Below are positions 1 to 9,466 of a stretch of 63,966 nucleotides of DNA, piece after piece; position 1 is the first letter of the stretch, and every line of letters begins with the position of its first letter. Both the position numbers and the translations under genes were made by a program. The stretch covers positions 1-63,966 of the forward strand of contig JAOZFG010000018.1 of NCBI GenBank assembly GCA_027491435.1, written 5' to 3'. The notes under the pieces were generated by a model. It made no database searches and was not told where the DNA came from. It worked only from the letters and a program-made list of their open reading frames with translations. This stretch comes from Thermoproteota archaeon. Its GTDB lineage: Archaea > Korarchaeota > Korarchaeia > Korarchaeales > Korarchaeaceae.

Positions 1-2
1 AC

Positions 3-113
3 AACGCCCCGGCAGTGATAGTCATAGGAATACAGCCCACCAAGCCGCCCACCAAGGTCACCGTCAAGCCCGTCGTCGTGGTGCCGGTAGGGCTGCCCAA
101 GCCCGCCGGCTGA
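3..113 (+). CDS. 3' end of an upstream gene (partial; ...NAPAVIVIGIQPTKPPTKVTVKPVVVVPVGLPKPAG*), possibly a highly expressed surface/S-layer protein
   Basis: Open frame from the window edge to TGA at 111-113; 30 of 36 codons end in G/C; followed by a pyrimidine-rich terminator-like tract. Confidence 0.6.
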   Translation, partial: NAPAVIVIGIQPTKPPTKVTVKPVVVVPVGLPKPAG

Positions 114-140
114 ACTCCCCTCCCCTCTTCTATTTTCTTA
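114..140 (+). terminator. Pyrimidine/U-rich archaeal terminator-like tract
   Basis: actcccctcccctcttctattttctta directly after the stop codon. Confidence 0.5.
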
Positions 141-226
141 CATGTCAGGTCTACAATTGATCTTCAGTCCAGCACTTAACTTCCTCCTGTTGTCTACGTT
201 CTATTAGCCCCCTGCCATATTCTGCC

Positions 227-234
227 TTTAAATA
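227..234 (+). promoter_or_regulatory. TATA box for the 265..2679 gene
   Basis: TTTAAATA about 30 nt upstream of the ATG, with a GAGGG SD-like motif before the start. Confidence 0.5.
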
Positions 235-264
235 TAGGGAGACTACACACGAGTTGAGGGTAGT

Positions 265-2679
265 ATGAAAGCCATAAAGGCAAGCACGTTAGTTTTCATG
301 CTAATATTTCTACTTTCTCACTTAACGTTTAACGTTCAATCAGCAAATACCGACAATATTGTGAAGGCTATATCGGAGCCTGTCAAAAAAGTTGTTAACT
401 TCCCCACTTACGAATCACCGTCGGAGATATACGGCGGAGGGTATGGATACGTTGGAGGCGTCCTCTACGTTTACAAGAGCTCGTTTACCTTCGTAGCAAT
501 ACCCGACATAGGTATGAACACTTATGCCTCTCTAATACTCGGGGAGGGTCTAAAAGTAAAAGAATTTATAGATTTAGGAAACCTCGAAGGAGCAGCTAAG
601 AACAAGTTGGCTTCGATGACCTCTTGGCTCTTGGATAACTCCGTAGGTGGGTTATGGAGGTCGGAAACCAGCGGAAGTCTGCCGGATGTCTACCTGAGTG
701 CTTTGGTTATCAAATCAATAGCTTACTCTTACGAACAGGGCTTACTACCTAAAGAGAAGGAAGGGGATTTTGTCAGGTCAGTATCAGCGCTAATTTCACT
801 TCAAAGCCAGGGAGGCGGCTGGGGGGCTGTTCCTGGGTCTAACATAGCTGAGCAAAAGGAACCCGACCCTGAAGTTACAGCTCAAGTTCTCTCGACTCTA
901 GTAGCTGTCAAATCAGCCGGGTTAAATATCCCAGGCTTGGATACAGCCATAAATAAGGCAATATCTTTCTTAGAGGGGACGGCCAAGAAGGGCGGAGGGA
1001 AAACGTATTGGTCTATACCTAGGAGAAACACTTTTCAGATCACAGCAGAAATCTCTAATTCATTAGCTGATGCCCTAATATTAGGATATAAGCTTAGAGA
1101 TAATAGCCTAATAAAAGGTATAATCAATTACTTAGAACCTAAGGCTAAAGAGAGTTATTCTGCCGGGACTTACGACATAGCCACAGCTGAGGCGGTCACA
1201 GCGTTAGCCAAGCTCTCAGCTTTAGGATATATAGATACAGAGGCGTTCGTTCAGTCGTGGCTTCCCATGATTGAGGACTTCGCCTTATCAATTAGACCAG
1301 ATGGTTTGTTTGGGAATGAGCCGTTTATATGGCTGAGATTGTACACTACAATGCTTCACTTGAACGTGTTCAGCTACTGGGTCAGAATGACGTGCCTTTC
1401 CATGAACGCCTATTTAGTGGGCGGATACGGTGACTATAATCCTCCGGTAGTTATAGAGGGGACCGGGATAACGCTGAAGATAAGCTTAAAGAATAAGGTG
1501 AGCTCAAAGCTAAATTTGGGAATTTCTGTGGGGGTAGATCCGCCCGCTAAGATCAGCTCTACAGCCAATAAAGCCATAACTTTATCTCCGGGTAAGTCGA
1601 CTGAGCTCTCAATAAAGATATTAGTACCGGATAAGATTCCCAATAAAAAGAACGTTACAGTGTACCTATATGTGAAAGAAGGAAACCCATTGAAGCCATT
1701 ACTCGCCAAAACGCTCAACTTCTTAGCGGTTAGGAATCCAGAGATAATAATCAAAGCGAAAACAATAAATCCAAACAGGGTTTCACTTAAGGAGCCGGTT
1801 ACCATAACACTAAAAATCCAAAATACAGGAGATTTACCCCTATCTAATGTTAAGATTACTGAAATATTAAACAAAGGGTTTACGGTGGTACCAGGAGGGA
1901 ATGGGACCGTGCTTTTATCATCAAGCGAAAGTTTAGGCTCTTACGTTTTATCGTCTCCCATAGGTCCAGGTGAAATAATAACGTTCTCTTACAAGGTGCA
2001 GGCTGAGGACGTTCCTCCAGGACCTCAACAGGTTTCCAGAACCGTCCTAATGTATACGGATGCCAGAGGGGAGACCCATAACAAGACCGCAGACGTATCG
2101 ATAACGGTACTGAGGCCGCTAGTATCTCTAACCTACAATGCCACGGAGATGGTAATTGAATGGGATTCCTCAAAGACTGTGGTAGCTTCTCTCTCAAATT
2201 CAGGTAATGAAGACGCTACAGATTTATCTATTGGCATATCCCCAGGCGAGGGCATAAGGCTCAATCTAACAGCGCTACCCGAAGGTGTTTACATAAAACC
2301 AAACCCCGATGGCTCCTTTACATTAAAAATAAAGAGGATAAAGGCAGGAGAGAGCTTGAGCCTTCCAATATCTGTTAAAGCCACTAATTTCTACCCATCT
2401 TTAGATTTAGGGACATATCTCTCCATAAAGTATGAGTATAAAGATTCTAAAGGGAGGAACATGCCCTCGTTCTCTGGTTCAGGACTGGTAAAACTCAGGG
2501 TCGTCGCTTCCCAAAGCTTTTTCATAATAATAGCCTTGATAACGGCTGTGGTAATAGTACTTGTGGCGATAAGGGTCTATAACAGAAGAAAAATTGCTAG
2601 AAGAGAGGAGAGAAGAGCATCACCCTTTATAAGGCAACCGCCTAAGAAGAGGAGAGGGAGGCGTCCGTTTGGATCGTAA
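265..2679 (+). CDS. Secreted, C-terminally anchored surface protein: alpha/alpha-toroid domain (prenyltransferase/terpene cyclase or alpha-2-macroglobulin TED-like) plus CARDB/DUF11-type Ig domains
   Basis: Sec signal peptide; LISLQSQGGGWG and INKAISFLE helical-repeat motifs; ITLKIQNTGD and VVASLSNSGNEDATDL Ig motifs; TM helix and Arg-rich tail. Confidence 0.6.
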   Translation: MKAIKASTLVFMLIFLLSHLTFNVQSANTDNIVKAISEPVKKVVNFPTYESPSEIYGGGYGYVGGVLYVYKSSFTFVAIPDIGMNTYASLILGEGLKVKEFIDLGNLEGAAKNKLASMTSWLLDNSVGGLWRSETSGSLPDVYLSALVIKSIAYSYEQGLLPKEKEGDFVRSVSALISLQSQGGGWGAVPGSNIAEQKEPDPEVTAQVLSTLVAVKSAGLNIPGLDTAINKAISFLEGTAKKGGGKTYWSIPRRNTFQITAEISNSLADALILGYKLRDNSLIKGIINYLEPKAKESYSAGTYDIATAEAVTALAKLSALGYIDTEAFVQSWLPMIEDFALSIRPDGLFGNEPFIWLRLYTTMLHLNVFSYWVRMTCLSMNAYLVGGYGDYNPPVVIEGTGITLKISLKNKVSSKLNLGISVGVDPPAKISSTANKAITLSPGKSTELSIKILVPDKIPNKKNVTVYLYVKEGNPLKPLLAKTLNFLAVRNPEIIIKAKTINPNRVSLKEPVTITLKIQNTGDLPLSNVKITEILNKGFTVVPGGNGTVLLSSSESLGSYVLSSPIGPGEIITFSYKVQAEDVPPGPQQVSRTVLMYTDARGETHNKTADVSITVLRPLVSLTYNATEMVIEWDSSKTVVASLSNSGNEDATDLSIGISPGEGIRLNLTALPEGVYIKPNPDGSFTLKIKRIKAGESLSLPISVKATNFYPSLDLGTYLSIKYEYKDSKGRNMPSFSGSGLVKLRVVASQSFFIIIALITAVVIVLVAIRVYNRRKIARREERRASPFIRQPPKKRRGRRPFGS

Positions 2680-3283
2680 GAAGTTCATTGCATACACTTC
2701 TATTCCCATACTAGCCTTCGTGCTCATTATTCTACTTTATTCATCAGTGGTTATCCATGAAGGCAATACGCCAGTCTACAGAACCAAGAAATGGAAAATT
2801 GGCATCATGTACCCGGAAAGCGCGACCGGCGTGGAGGGCTCAGGGGCGCTGGGGATATCCACCTACACCATTAGCTTAACCCTGAGCTTCTTCTCAGGCG
2901 GTCAGCTAAATGAGACCAATCTCTTGGCCGGACCAATAGGAAGCACTGAAGGGGTTAATTCTTCTATCGTACTTAAGCCCTCTAAGACCCCCAAGGTTAT
3001 AGTGTACGCACATAACAGGACTGTGATCTTAGAAGGCGACTATAAATACGGCCTTTTCGCAGCAGTTGACAGGTTTCTATTGCTATTTTCAGGTAAGTAC
3101 GCCATCGGCCTCGACACATCTAGGAGGTACCTAACGATAATACATCCGGATAAGGGGACGAAGTACGGAATCCCCTGGTTAGGCGGGCTCTCTATAGAGG
3201 AAGTGAGGGGAGTCCCCGTAGAATATCATGGAACCGACCAGGCAGATGTAATGGACCTCATACTAGGACCTTTTACTCCATAA
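2669..3283 (+). CDS. Membrane-anchored hypothetical protein, S-layer-associated-like
   Basis: N-terminal TM/signal helix; TVILEGDYKYGLFAAVDRFL resembles the S-layer 'lvvaG.D..Gt.aAa' motif; overlaps the upstream gene. Confidence 0.5.
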   Translation: MDRKKFIAYTSIPILAFVLIILLYSSVVIHEGNTPVYRTKKWKIGIMYPESATGVEGSGALGISTYTISLTLSFFSGGQLNETNLLAGPIGSTEGVNSSIVLKPSKTPKVIVYAHNRTVILEGDYKYGLFAAVDRFLLLFSGKYAIGLDTSRRYLTIIHPDKGTKYGIPWLGGLSIEEVRGVPVEYHGTDQADVMDLILGPFTP

Positions 3284-3284
3284 A

Positions 3285-3359
3285 CGGGCCCGGGGGGACT
3301 TGAACCCCCGACCTGCGGCTTAGAAGGCCGCCGCTCTATCCTTGCTGAGCTACGGGCCC
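3285..3359 (-). tRNA. tRNA-Arg(TCT)
   Basis: Reverse complement GGGCCCGTAGCTCAGC...CT-TCT-AA...GGTTCAAGTCC...GGGCCCG forms a cloverleaf; CCA not encoded. Confidence 0.95.
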
Positions 3360-3422
3360 CTATTCGTCTTCAGCCGAATACCTTAATAATACTACCTCCG
3401 CTCAAGGTCATTGGGAGCGCTT

Positions 3423-5642
3423 ATGGAAATTAAAAGGTTTCCAATCCTGTTGATGTTGATACTAATAACAACGTTCTTCTTCACGTCGACGAGTTATGAG
3501 ACCGCTCAGCAGACCTTAAAGTACGATTGGTTAGATCTCTCAATGAAGAATGGTACCACTTACGAACTTCCGGGCGGTTATCAGCTACAAGCATACATAT
3601 CTGAGTTTGGCGGTCATGGGACGCATGCTGTTAAAGCGTCAATATATAAAGAGGGTAAAGTTTGCGTCCCTTGGGTGGCAGTTCCGGTTGAAAAAGTAGG
3701 TAACCTTGAAACTAGAAAGCTAATAGAAGTTAAAGAAGATTGCTCTGTCTCCGGGAAAAGGTTATACTATGTATACATAAAGGGAGATTTATCTAAGGGG
3801 GCTGGAGAAGCTATTAAGGATACCATATACTTCGATATACTGAACTCAATATATTCACCAGAAGTTAACTTAACTGCCACGACCACCTTCCCTAAGAGGA
3901 GGGATTTTGGGGAAAAAGAGTCTTTCACCTTCACTATACCGTTCTCCATTAAAAACAATGCAGAGAACATAAGGGTGAACTGGGTGAGGATCGTCGCTGC
4001 TTGGCATAGGGTAGGAGGCGTTGGTTCCATAAACCTAACCAACGTGGAGGTAACTGGAGCCCCGCCCCCTTCACCATCGAGCTGGGCAGGGGGTTCACTA
4101 AACCTCACCCTCCCAGGACTAGACCCAGGTGAGTCGAGGCAGATAAAGTTAACCTTCTTAGCCGGGCCGAATTCGAAAGATTTCGGTAACTACACCATAA
4201 ATGTGATGATAATACATCCAGCTGTGTATGAGTTTATAGGCTTGGATCCGGATAGAGGTGTAAAACAGTTTAAGTATAACCCAAACAATACAGAGAGCGA
4301 CTCCTTCCAGTTCGTGGTATTTACAGGGACTAGATACGCTGGCCACACGGGGAAACCAGAGTTAACTATACTGCTGACTAGGCCCACTGGCGACGTTACC
4401 GTGGATCCCGGCTCAACAGTGACCTTTGACTTCAGGGTCAAGAACAACGGCAACGACTACGCCTACAACGTCACCCTGGACGCCAAAGTGAAGCCCGACG
4501 CTCAAATCACCATAGTAAAGCCTGACAACGTGGCTGGAAACCCCTTCCCAATAGTTGTGCCGGTTGACGTTCCACCAGGTGGTCTCACGGAGCCCATACA
4601 GTTTAGAGTCAAGCTCCCAGAGGACAGCGAGGGCAAGATTTACAGGGTGAACATCACGGCCTCGTACTTCACCATAAGGGGCGAGTACAGGGAGACCAGC
4701 AAGTCGGTGCTGATAACCGTTAGGGAGATAGGGGAGAGCAAGGTGACCATAAAAAAGAAGGTGAGCCCCACCTCTATATCGGTTAACGGCACAATACAAG
4801 TAGTGGTGACTGTCTCTAACAACGGAACCGCTCCGGCCTCAAATGTGGTGATAAAGGACTACTACCCTAAGGAATACTTCAGACTAGTATCAGGGGAGAC
4901 CTCCAAGAAGATATCTTCCCTAGCTCCAGGAGATTCTGTCTCAATAGTTTACAAACTTAAGGCCATTAAAGAAGGGATACCCATACTCCCTCCAGCTTCG
5001 GTAACTTACGTTGATCCTAAGACAGGCCCGAAGGGGCCCATAACCTCTGGCGAGAGCAGCGTAGTTATCACGGTAATAAAGCCCAAGCTCTGGGCTAAGG
5101 TCGAGGATCAACCTCCAAACGTCACCGTCAAGAACTCTCTGGTCACCTTCTCAATATACGTGAAGAACGATGGAAACGGGGCAGCCAAGGACGTCTCCCT
5201 CTACATGGAGCTCTCACCCGGTTATTACATGGTGACTCCTCCAACAGTGGAGAAGAGTGAAGGTACGATATGCGACCAGCCTAAGTGGGAGCCCACCAAA
5301 GACAAAGTTAAGGTATCGGTGTCTTGCGACAAAGTAGACCCTCAGGGGTGGATTAAGCTCTCTTTAACGTTAAGGCCCCAATCAGAGGGCAAACAATGGC
5401 TTACTGTGAAAAGCCTGACTTACAAGTCTGCTGACGGAACTTCGAAGTTCCACGTGCCAGTTTCCTATTACTCATACGAAACCGTGGTAGTAACTCCCTT
5501 TGAACAGAGGATGTTCTCTCTTGTGCTCTTCTCTTTCTCAGTGATACTTGTGGGGCTCTTCGTGATAGCCCTTACAAGAGGTTTCGGGTTCACAGCCTCT
5601 CCCAGGAGGAGAAGGGTTGGCAGGTTAGGGGCCTTTGAATAG
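3423..5642 (+). CDS. Secreted multi-Ig (CARDB/DUF11, COG1361-like) surface protein with C-terminal TM anchor
   Basis: Signal peptide; repeated V.N.G...A.NV motifs; many N-x-S/T sequons; TM helix and RRRR tail. Confidence 0.7.
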   Translation: MEIKRFPILLMLILITTFFFTSTSYETAQQTLKYDWLDLSMKNGTTYELPGGYQLQAYISEFGGHGTHAVKASIYKEGKVCVPWVAVPVEKVGNLETRKLIEVKEDCSVSGKRLYYVYIKGDLSKGAGEAIKDTIYFDILNSIYSPEVNLTATTTFPKRRDFGEKESFTFTIPFSIKNNAENIRVNWVRIVAAWHRVGGVGSINLTNVEVTGAPPPSPSSWAGGSLNLTLPGLDPGESRQIKLTFLAGPNSKDFGNYTINVMIIHPAVYEFIGLDPDRGVKQFKYNPNNTESDSFQFVVFTGTRYAGHTGKPELTILLTRPTGDVTVDPGSTVTFDFRVKNNGNDYAYNVTLDAKVKPDAQITIVKPDNVAGNPFPIVVPVDVPPGGLTEPIQFRVKLPEDSEGKIYRVNITASYFTIRGEYRETSKSVLITVREIGESKVTIKKKVSPTSISVNGTIQVVVTVSNNGTAPASNVVIKDYYPKEYFRLVSGETSKKISSLAPGDSVSIVYKLKAIKEGIPILPPASVTYVDPKTGPKGPITSGESSVVITVIKPKLWAKVEDQPPNVTVKNSLVTFSIYVKNDGNGAAKDVSLYMELSPGYYMVTPPTVEKSEGTICDQPKWEPTKDKVKVSVSCDKVDPQGWIKLSLTLRPQSEGKQWLTVKSLTYKSADGTSKFHVPVSYYSYETVVVTPFEQRMFSLVLFSFSVILVGLFVIALTRGFGFTASPRRRRVGRLGAFE

Positions 5643-5725
5643 CCCTCCTCACCTTTTTGCTTCACCTCCCTTGGGATGGCAACATTAAAATAATCGGATA
5701 TTTCATGATAGGGTGGTGTATCGAC

Positions 5726-6055
5726 ATGGGAATGGAGTACATATATGCAGCCCTAATGCTTCACGAGGCCGGTAAGAAGATAGAGGAGGATCTGCTGACT
5801 CAGGTGCTGAAGGCGGCGGGCATAGAGCCCGATCCAGCTAAGGTTAAACAACTCGTCAGCTCGCTCTCGGGGGTTAACATAGACGAGATAATAAGCCAGG
5901 CCACAACCATGCCCGTGGCTGCAGCTCCTGCCGCAGCTCCTGCTGCCGAGGAGAAGGCTGCCGAAGAGAAGAAGGAAGAGGAAGAAGAAGAGAAGAAGAA
6001 GGAGGAAGAAGAAGAGGAGGCTGCCCTAGCGGGCCTTGGAGCCCTCTTCGGTTAA
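5726..6055 (+). CDS. rpl12: 50S ribosomal stalk protein P1/L12
   Basis: [12 protein letters not shown]-terminus, Ala-rich hinge, acidic tail, GLGALFG end. Confidence 0.97.
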   Translation: MGMEYIYAALMLHEAGKKIEEDLLTQVLKAAGIEPDPAKVKQLVSSLSGVNIDEIISQATTMPVAAAPAAAPAAEEKAAEEKKEEEEEEKKKEEEEEEAALAGLGALFG

Positions 6056-6097
6056 ACCCCCTCCTGTTTTTATTAGTGTCAACCCCCTTTCAAGAGG

Positions 6098-8821
6098 ATG
6101 GACATGTCCTTACAGGGACCTGTGGAAATACAATTCCTGAAAGAGCGGGGATACGTCAGGAAGAGATGTCCCATCTGCGGAGAGTACTTTTGGACCCTTG
6201 ACCCAGACCGGGAAACTTGTGGAGAGGCTCCCTGCGAGCCTTACTCATTCTTAGGGAAGGCTATATCGGAGAAGAGCATAGAACAGGTCAGGGAAGACTT
6301 TCTCAGTTTCATGGAGAAGAGGGGTCATACTAGGATAAACAGGTACCCAGTAATAGCTAGGTGGAGGGACGACTTATTCTTAACCAGTGCCTCCATAGTT
6401 GACTTCCAGCCCTTCATCACCTCAGGCCTGGTGCCGCCTCCAGCAAATCCCTTGACGATATCACAACCCTGCATAAGGCTGAAGGACGTGGACAAAGTAG
6501 GCCCTACCATGGGCCGACACCTGACTATTTTTGAGATGATGGCCCATCATGCCTTTAACTCGAAGGAGAGGTGGGTGTACTGGAAAGAAAGGACTGTAGA
6601 GCTGTTTCATGAATATGCTACCGAAGTCTTGGGTATACCGGAGGAGGAGATAATATACAAGGAGGGCATATGGGAGGGAGGGGGGAACGCAGGGCCAGAC
6701 TTGGAGCCCATTGTAAGGGGGCTAGAGATAGCGACCTTAGTCTTTATGGAATACAAGATGGTCAACGGAAAGTACGTTCCAATGGACACCAAAGTGGTAG
6801 ACACCGGCTATGGCCTAGAGCGTATAACTTGGCTGCTAAACGGATCCCCGACTGGCTTCCATGCAGTGTACGGAAAGTTAGTTGACGACTTCATGAGTTT
6901 GTTCGGAGTGGGTAGAGTAGATGATAAATTTTTAATGGAATACACGAAGGTATCCTCTCTGCTACGTGAGTTAGAGAAAGGGAAGAGCGTAAACTCCCTC
7001 AGGAGGGAGATATCTAAGAGAACTGGGATTCCTCTTGAGCTAATAGAGGATAAGATAGTTCCTTTAGAGCTTACCTTCGCCGTGCTGGACCACACTAAGG
7101 CCCTGGCCTTCATGCTCGCGGATGGCTTGGTTCCCTCTAACGTGAATGAAGGTTACTTGGGCAGGCTGTTGATCAGGAGAACGCTTAGGATATTGAAACA
7201 GTTAGGAGTTGAGATAAGCCTCTCAGAGCTGGTTTCAAAGCAAGTGGATTACTGGTCGTCTAAGGGCTTTCCTGAGCTTAAGGAGTCCATAGACAGGATA
7301 ACTGATATGTTGGACATAGAGCAGAAGAGGTTCGAGGAGTTGTTAAGGAGGGGAAGGCAGCTAGTTAGGGACATCCTCCGAAGCAAGAAGAGGGTCAGTG
7401 AGGAGGACCTGGTGGTCTTGTATGAGTCCCACGGGCTAACCCCAGAGTTCGTAGCCCAGGTGGCTAAAGAGGAAGGATACGAGGTTAAAGTTCCTGACAA
7501 CTTCTTTGAGCTCATCGCCGCTAAACACGAGTCCAAGCCTCCTAAACCACCAGAGCTGCCAGATTACGTGGATGAACTAATGAAATATTCACCCACCAAA
7601 CCGCTTTATTATCAGAATCCATACCTTCTCAATGCGAGCGCTCAAGTAGTTGGGGTAATCAGGGGGAACGGGGTCATCCTGGACTCCACAGTCTTCTACC
7701 CCGAGGGAGGGGGCCAGCCGTCGGATGTGGGGTACATCAGCTGGGACGGTGGTTCCGCTTACGTTGAAAGGGTTGAGAAGTACAAGGGAGTTATAGTACA
7801 CTGGGTCAAAGGCGAAGCTCCACCTGTGGGTACCAAGGTGTCATGTCAAGTGGATCGGATCAGAAGGCTTAACAGGATGAGGCACCACTCAGCCACTCAC
7901 GTGATCCTAGAGGCTGCCAAGAGGGTTCTAGGCAGTCACGTCTGGCAATGGGGCGCCCAGAAAGGGGATGAGGTAAGTAGGCTGGATATAACCCATTACA
8001 AACCGATAACCCCTGACGAGCTCAGGAGGATAGAGGAGATTGCCAACGAAGCAGTGATGAGAAACATAAGGGTTAACACCTTCTGGCTGACCAGGACTGA
8101 GGCTGAGAAAAGGTACGGGTTTGAGATCTACCAAGGAGGGGTGGTGCCCGATCCAACCCTCAGGATCGTCGAGATAGAGGGATACAACGTTCAAGCATGT
8201 GGCGGCACGCATGTCATAAGGACTGGTGACATAGGGTACATAAAGATCTGGAGAGCTAAAAGGATCCAAGACGGTGTAATAAGGCTAGAGTTTTCCGCCG
8301 GGATGCCTGCTGTTAGGAAAATGATCGGGATGCATGAAGAGTTAAAAAAGGTAAGCTCTTCCTTAGGAGTTCCCGAGGAAAGGCTGTCAGACTCCATTGC
8401 TGAGCTGAAAGAAGAGCTTAAGAAGCTTAAGAGCAAGCTGAACGAGCTGAAAGGCTTTGAGTTGAGGTCCTTGATAAGCTCCGCGTTGGAAAAGGCGGAA
8501 GTCGTCTCAGGGATAAAGCTGGCTAAAGTACTAGTGAGCGATGATTATCAGCTGGACGAAGTCGTAAAGAAGGCGGACAAGCTACTGGAAGAATCCACGG
8601 CCGTAGTAATCATTAGGGATTCGGGCAACAGGTACAACGTGGCCTTGCTTACGTCCGAAGACATTAAGGGGAGAGTTAAAGCGGGCTCCCTGATAAGGGA
8701 GATCACTAAGTCGCTGGGAGGGGGTGGCGGAGGGAACGATAAGCTAGGAAGGGGGGCTATACCACGGGAGAAACTGGAGGAGTTCTTGACAAAGTTAAGG
8801 GATTCCCTGATCAAGAGATAG
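6098..8821 (+). CDS. alaS: Alanine--tRNA ligase (archaeal type)
   Basis: RWRDDLFLTSASI, HLTIFEMMAHH, HSATH and CGGTH editing motifs, C-Ala GGGGG. Confidence 0.98.
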   Translation: MDMSLQGPVEIQFLKERGYVRKRCPICGEYFWTLDPDRETCGEAPCEPYSFLGKAISEKSIEQVREDFLSFMEKRGHTRINRYPVIARWRDDLFLTSASIVDFQPFITSGLVPPPANPLTISQPCIRLKDVDKVGPTMGRHLTIFEMMAHHAFNSKERWVYWKERTVELFHEYATEVLGIPEEEIIYKEGIWEGGGNAGPDLEPIVRGLEIATLVFMEYKMVNGKYVPMDTKVVDTGYGLERITWLLNGSPTGFHAVYGKLVDDFMSLFGVGRVDDKFLMEYTKVSSLLRELEKGKSVNSLRREISKRTGIPLELIEDKIVPLELTFAVLDHTKALAFMLADGLVPSNVNEGYLGRLLIRRTLRILKQLGVEISLSELVSKQVDYWSSKGFPELKESIDRITDMLDIEQKRFEELLRRGRQLVRDILRSKKRVSEEDLVVLYESHGLTPEFVAQVAKEEGYEVKVPDNFFELIAAKHESKPPKPPELPDYVDELMKYSPTKPLYYQNPYLLNASAQVVGVIRGNGVILDSTVFYPEGGGQPSDVGYISWDGGSAYVERVEKYKGVIVHWVKGEAPPVGTKVSCQVDRIRRLNRMRHHSATHVILEAAKRVLGSHVWQWGAQKGDEVSRLDITHYKPITPDELRRIEEIANEAVMRNIRVNTFWLTRTEAEKRYGFEIYQGGVVPDPTLRIVEIEGYNVQACGGTHVIRTGDIGYIKIWRAKRIQDGVIRLEFSAGMPAVRKMIGMHEELKKVSSSLGVPEERLSDSIAELKEELKKLKSKLNELKGFELRSLISSALEKAEVVSGIKLAKVLVSDDYQLDEVVKKADKLLEESTAVVIIRDSGNRYNVALLTSEDIKGRVKAGSLIREITKSLGGGGGGNDKLGRGAIPREKLEEFLTKLRDSLIKR

Positions 8822-9465
8822 CCCAAAAGCTCTATCTTCTTTACTCTTTAGGCGTTAAGAGAGCTGTAGATGTGGTAGGAGAGGATTATGGCCTTTCCAA
8901 AGAGGAAAGAGTCGCTCTCTCAAAGGTGATAAGGGATCCGGTGGAAAGCCTCTTGAACGCCTTCAAGCTATGTCCCATTGAATGCGTCACCGGCAAGGAC
9001 TTGGGCGTGGACGGGTTTAACGTGCTCATAACAATAGAGACCGCTATTTCTGGAGAACCGGTCTTTCTATCGACTGACGGCTTCGTCAGAGACCTTAGCA
9101 TGCGTTACTCCAAGTACAGGCCTAGCAGGCATTTTTACGAGGCTGCATCCCTCCTAAAGAACCTGCTGATAAAGTTAGATCCTGCTGAGGCGGTAATATA
9201 CCTAGACTCCCCTATACCCAGGAGCGGCGAAATAGCCAACGAGCTCAGGCCACTTCTAGATGACGTTGCTAGAGTAGAGGTGACTAAGGAGGTGGATAGG
9301 AAGGTTTCTCACCATGAAGTGTCGGCCAGTAGCGACGTAGTAGTGATAAGGAAGTCCAAATGCGTCGTGGATATCCCGGCGGCCGTTATAAAAGAAGAGG
9401 GGGTGGAGCCAGTTACCTTATTACCTTGGCTAAAAAGGGTATGGAGGGTTTGGGACAGGTGGTAA
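8818..9465 (+). CDS. DUF434-family (PIN/NYN-like) protein; true start probably upstream of the GTG at 8872
   Basis: VDGFNVLITIE, DGFVRDLS, YLDSPIPRSG and SSD motifs; frame is open upstream and encodes the family-like N-terminal helix IAQKLYLLYSLG. Confidence 0.75.
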   Translation: MAQKLYLLYSLGVKRAVDVVGEDYGLSKEERVALSKVIRDPVESLLNAFKLCPIECVTGKDLGVDGFNVLITIETAISGEPVFLSTDGFVRDLSMRYSKYRPSRHFYEAASLLKNLLIKLDPAEAVIYLDSPIPRSGEIANELRPLLDDVARVEVTKEVDRKVSHHEVSASSDVVVIRKSKCVVDIPAAVIKEEGVEPVTLLPWLKRVWRVWDRW

Positions 9466-9466
9466 C

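Noticed and set aside
3285-3359. tRNA-Arg as the integration site of a mobile island carrying the surface genes
   Set aside because: I found no integrase and no duplicated tRNA 3' end in the window
5915-6020. Short tandem repeats (gcagctcctgcc; gaagag runs)
   Set aside because: They encode the normal Ala hinge and acidic tail of P1/L12; this is not a CRISPR or mobile repeat
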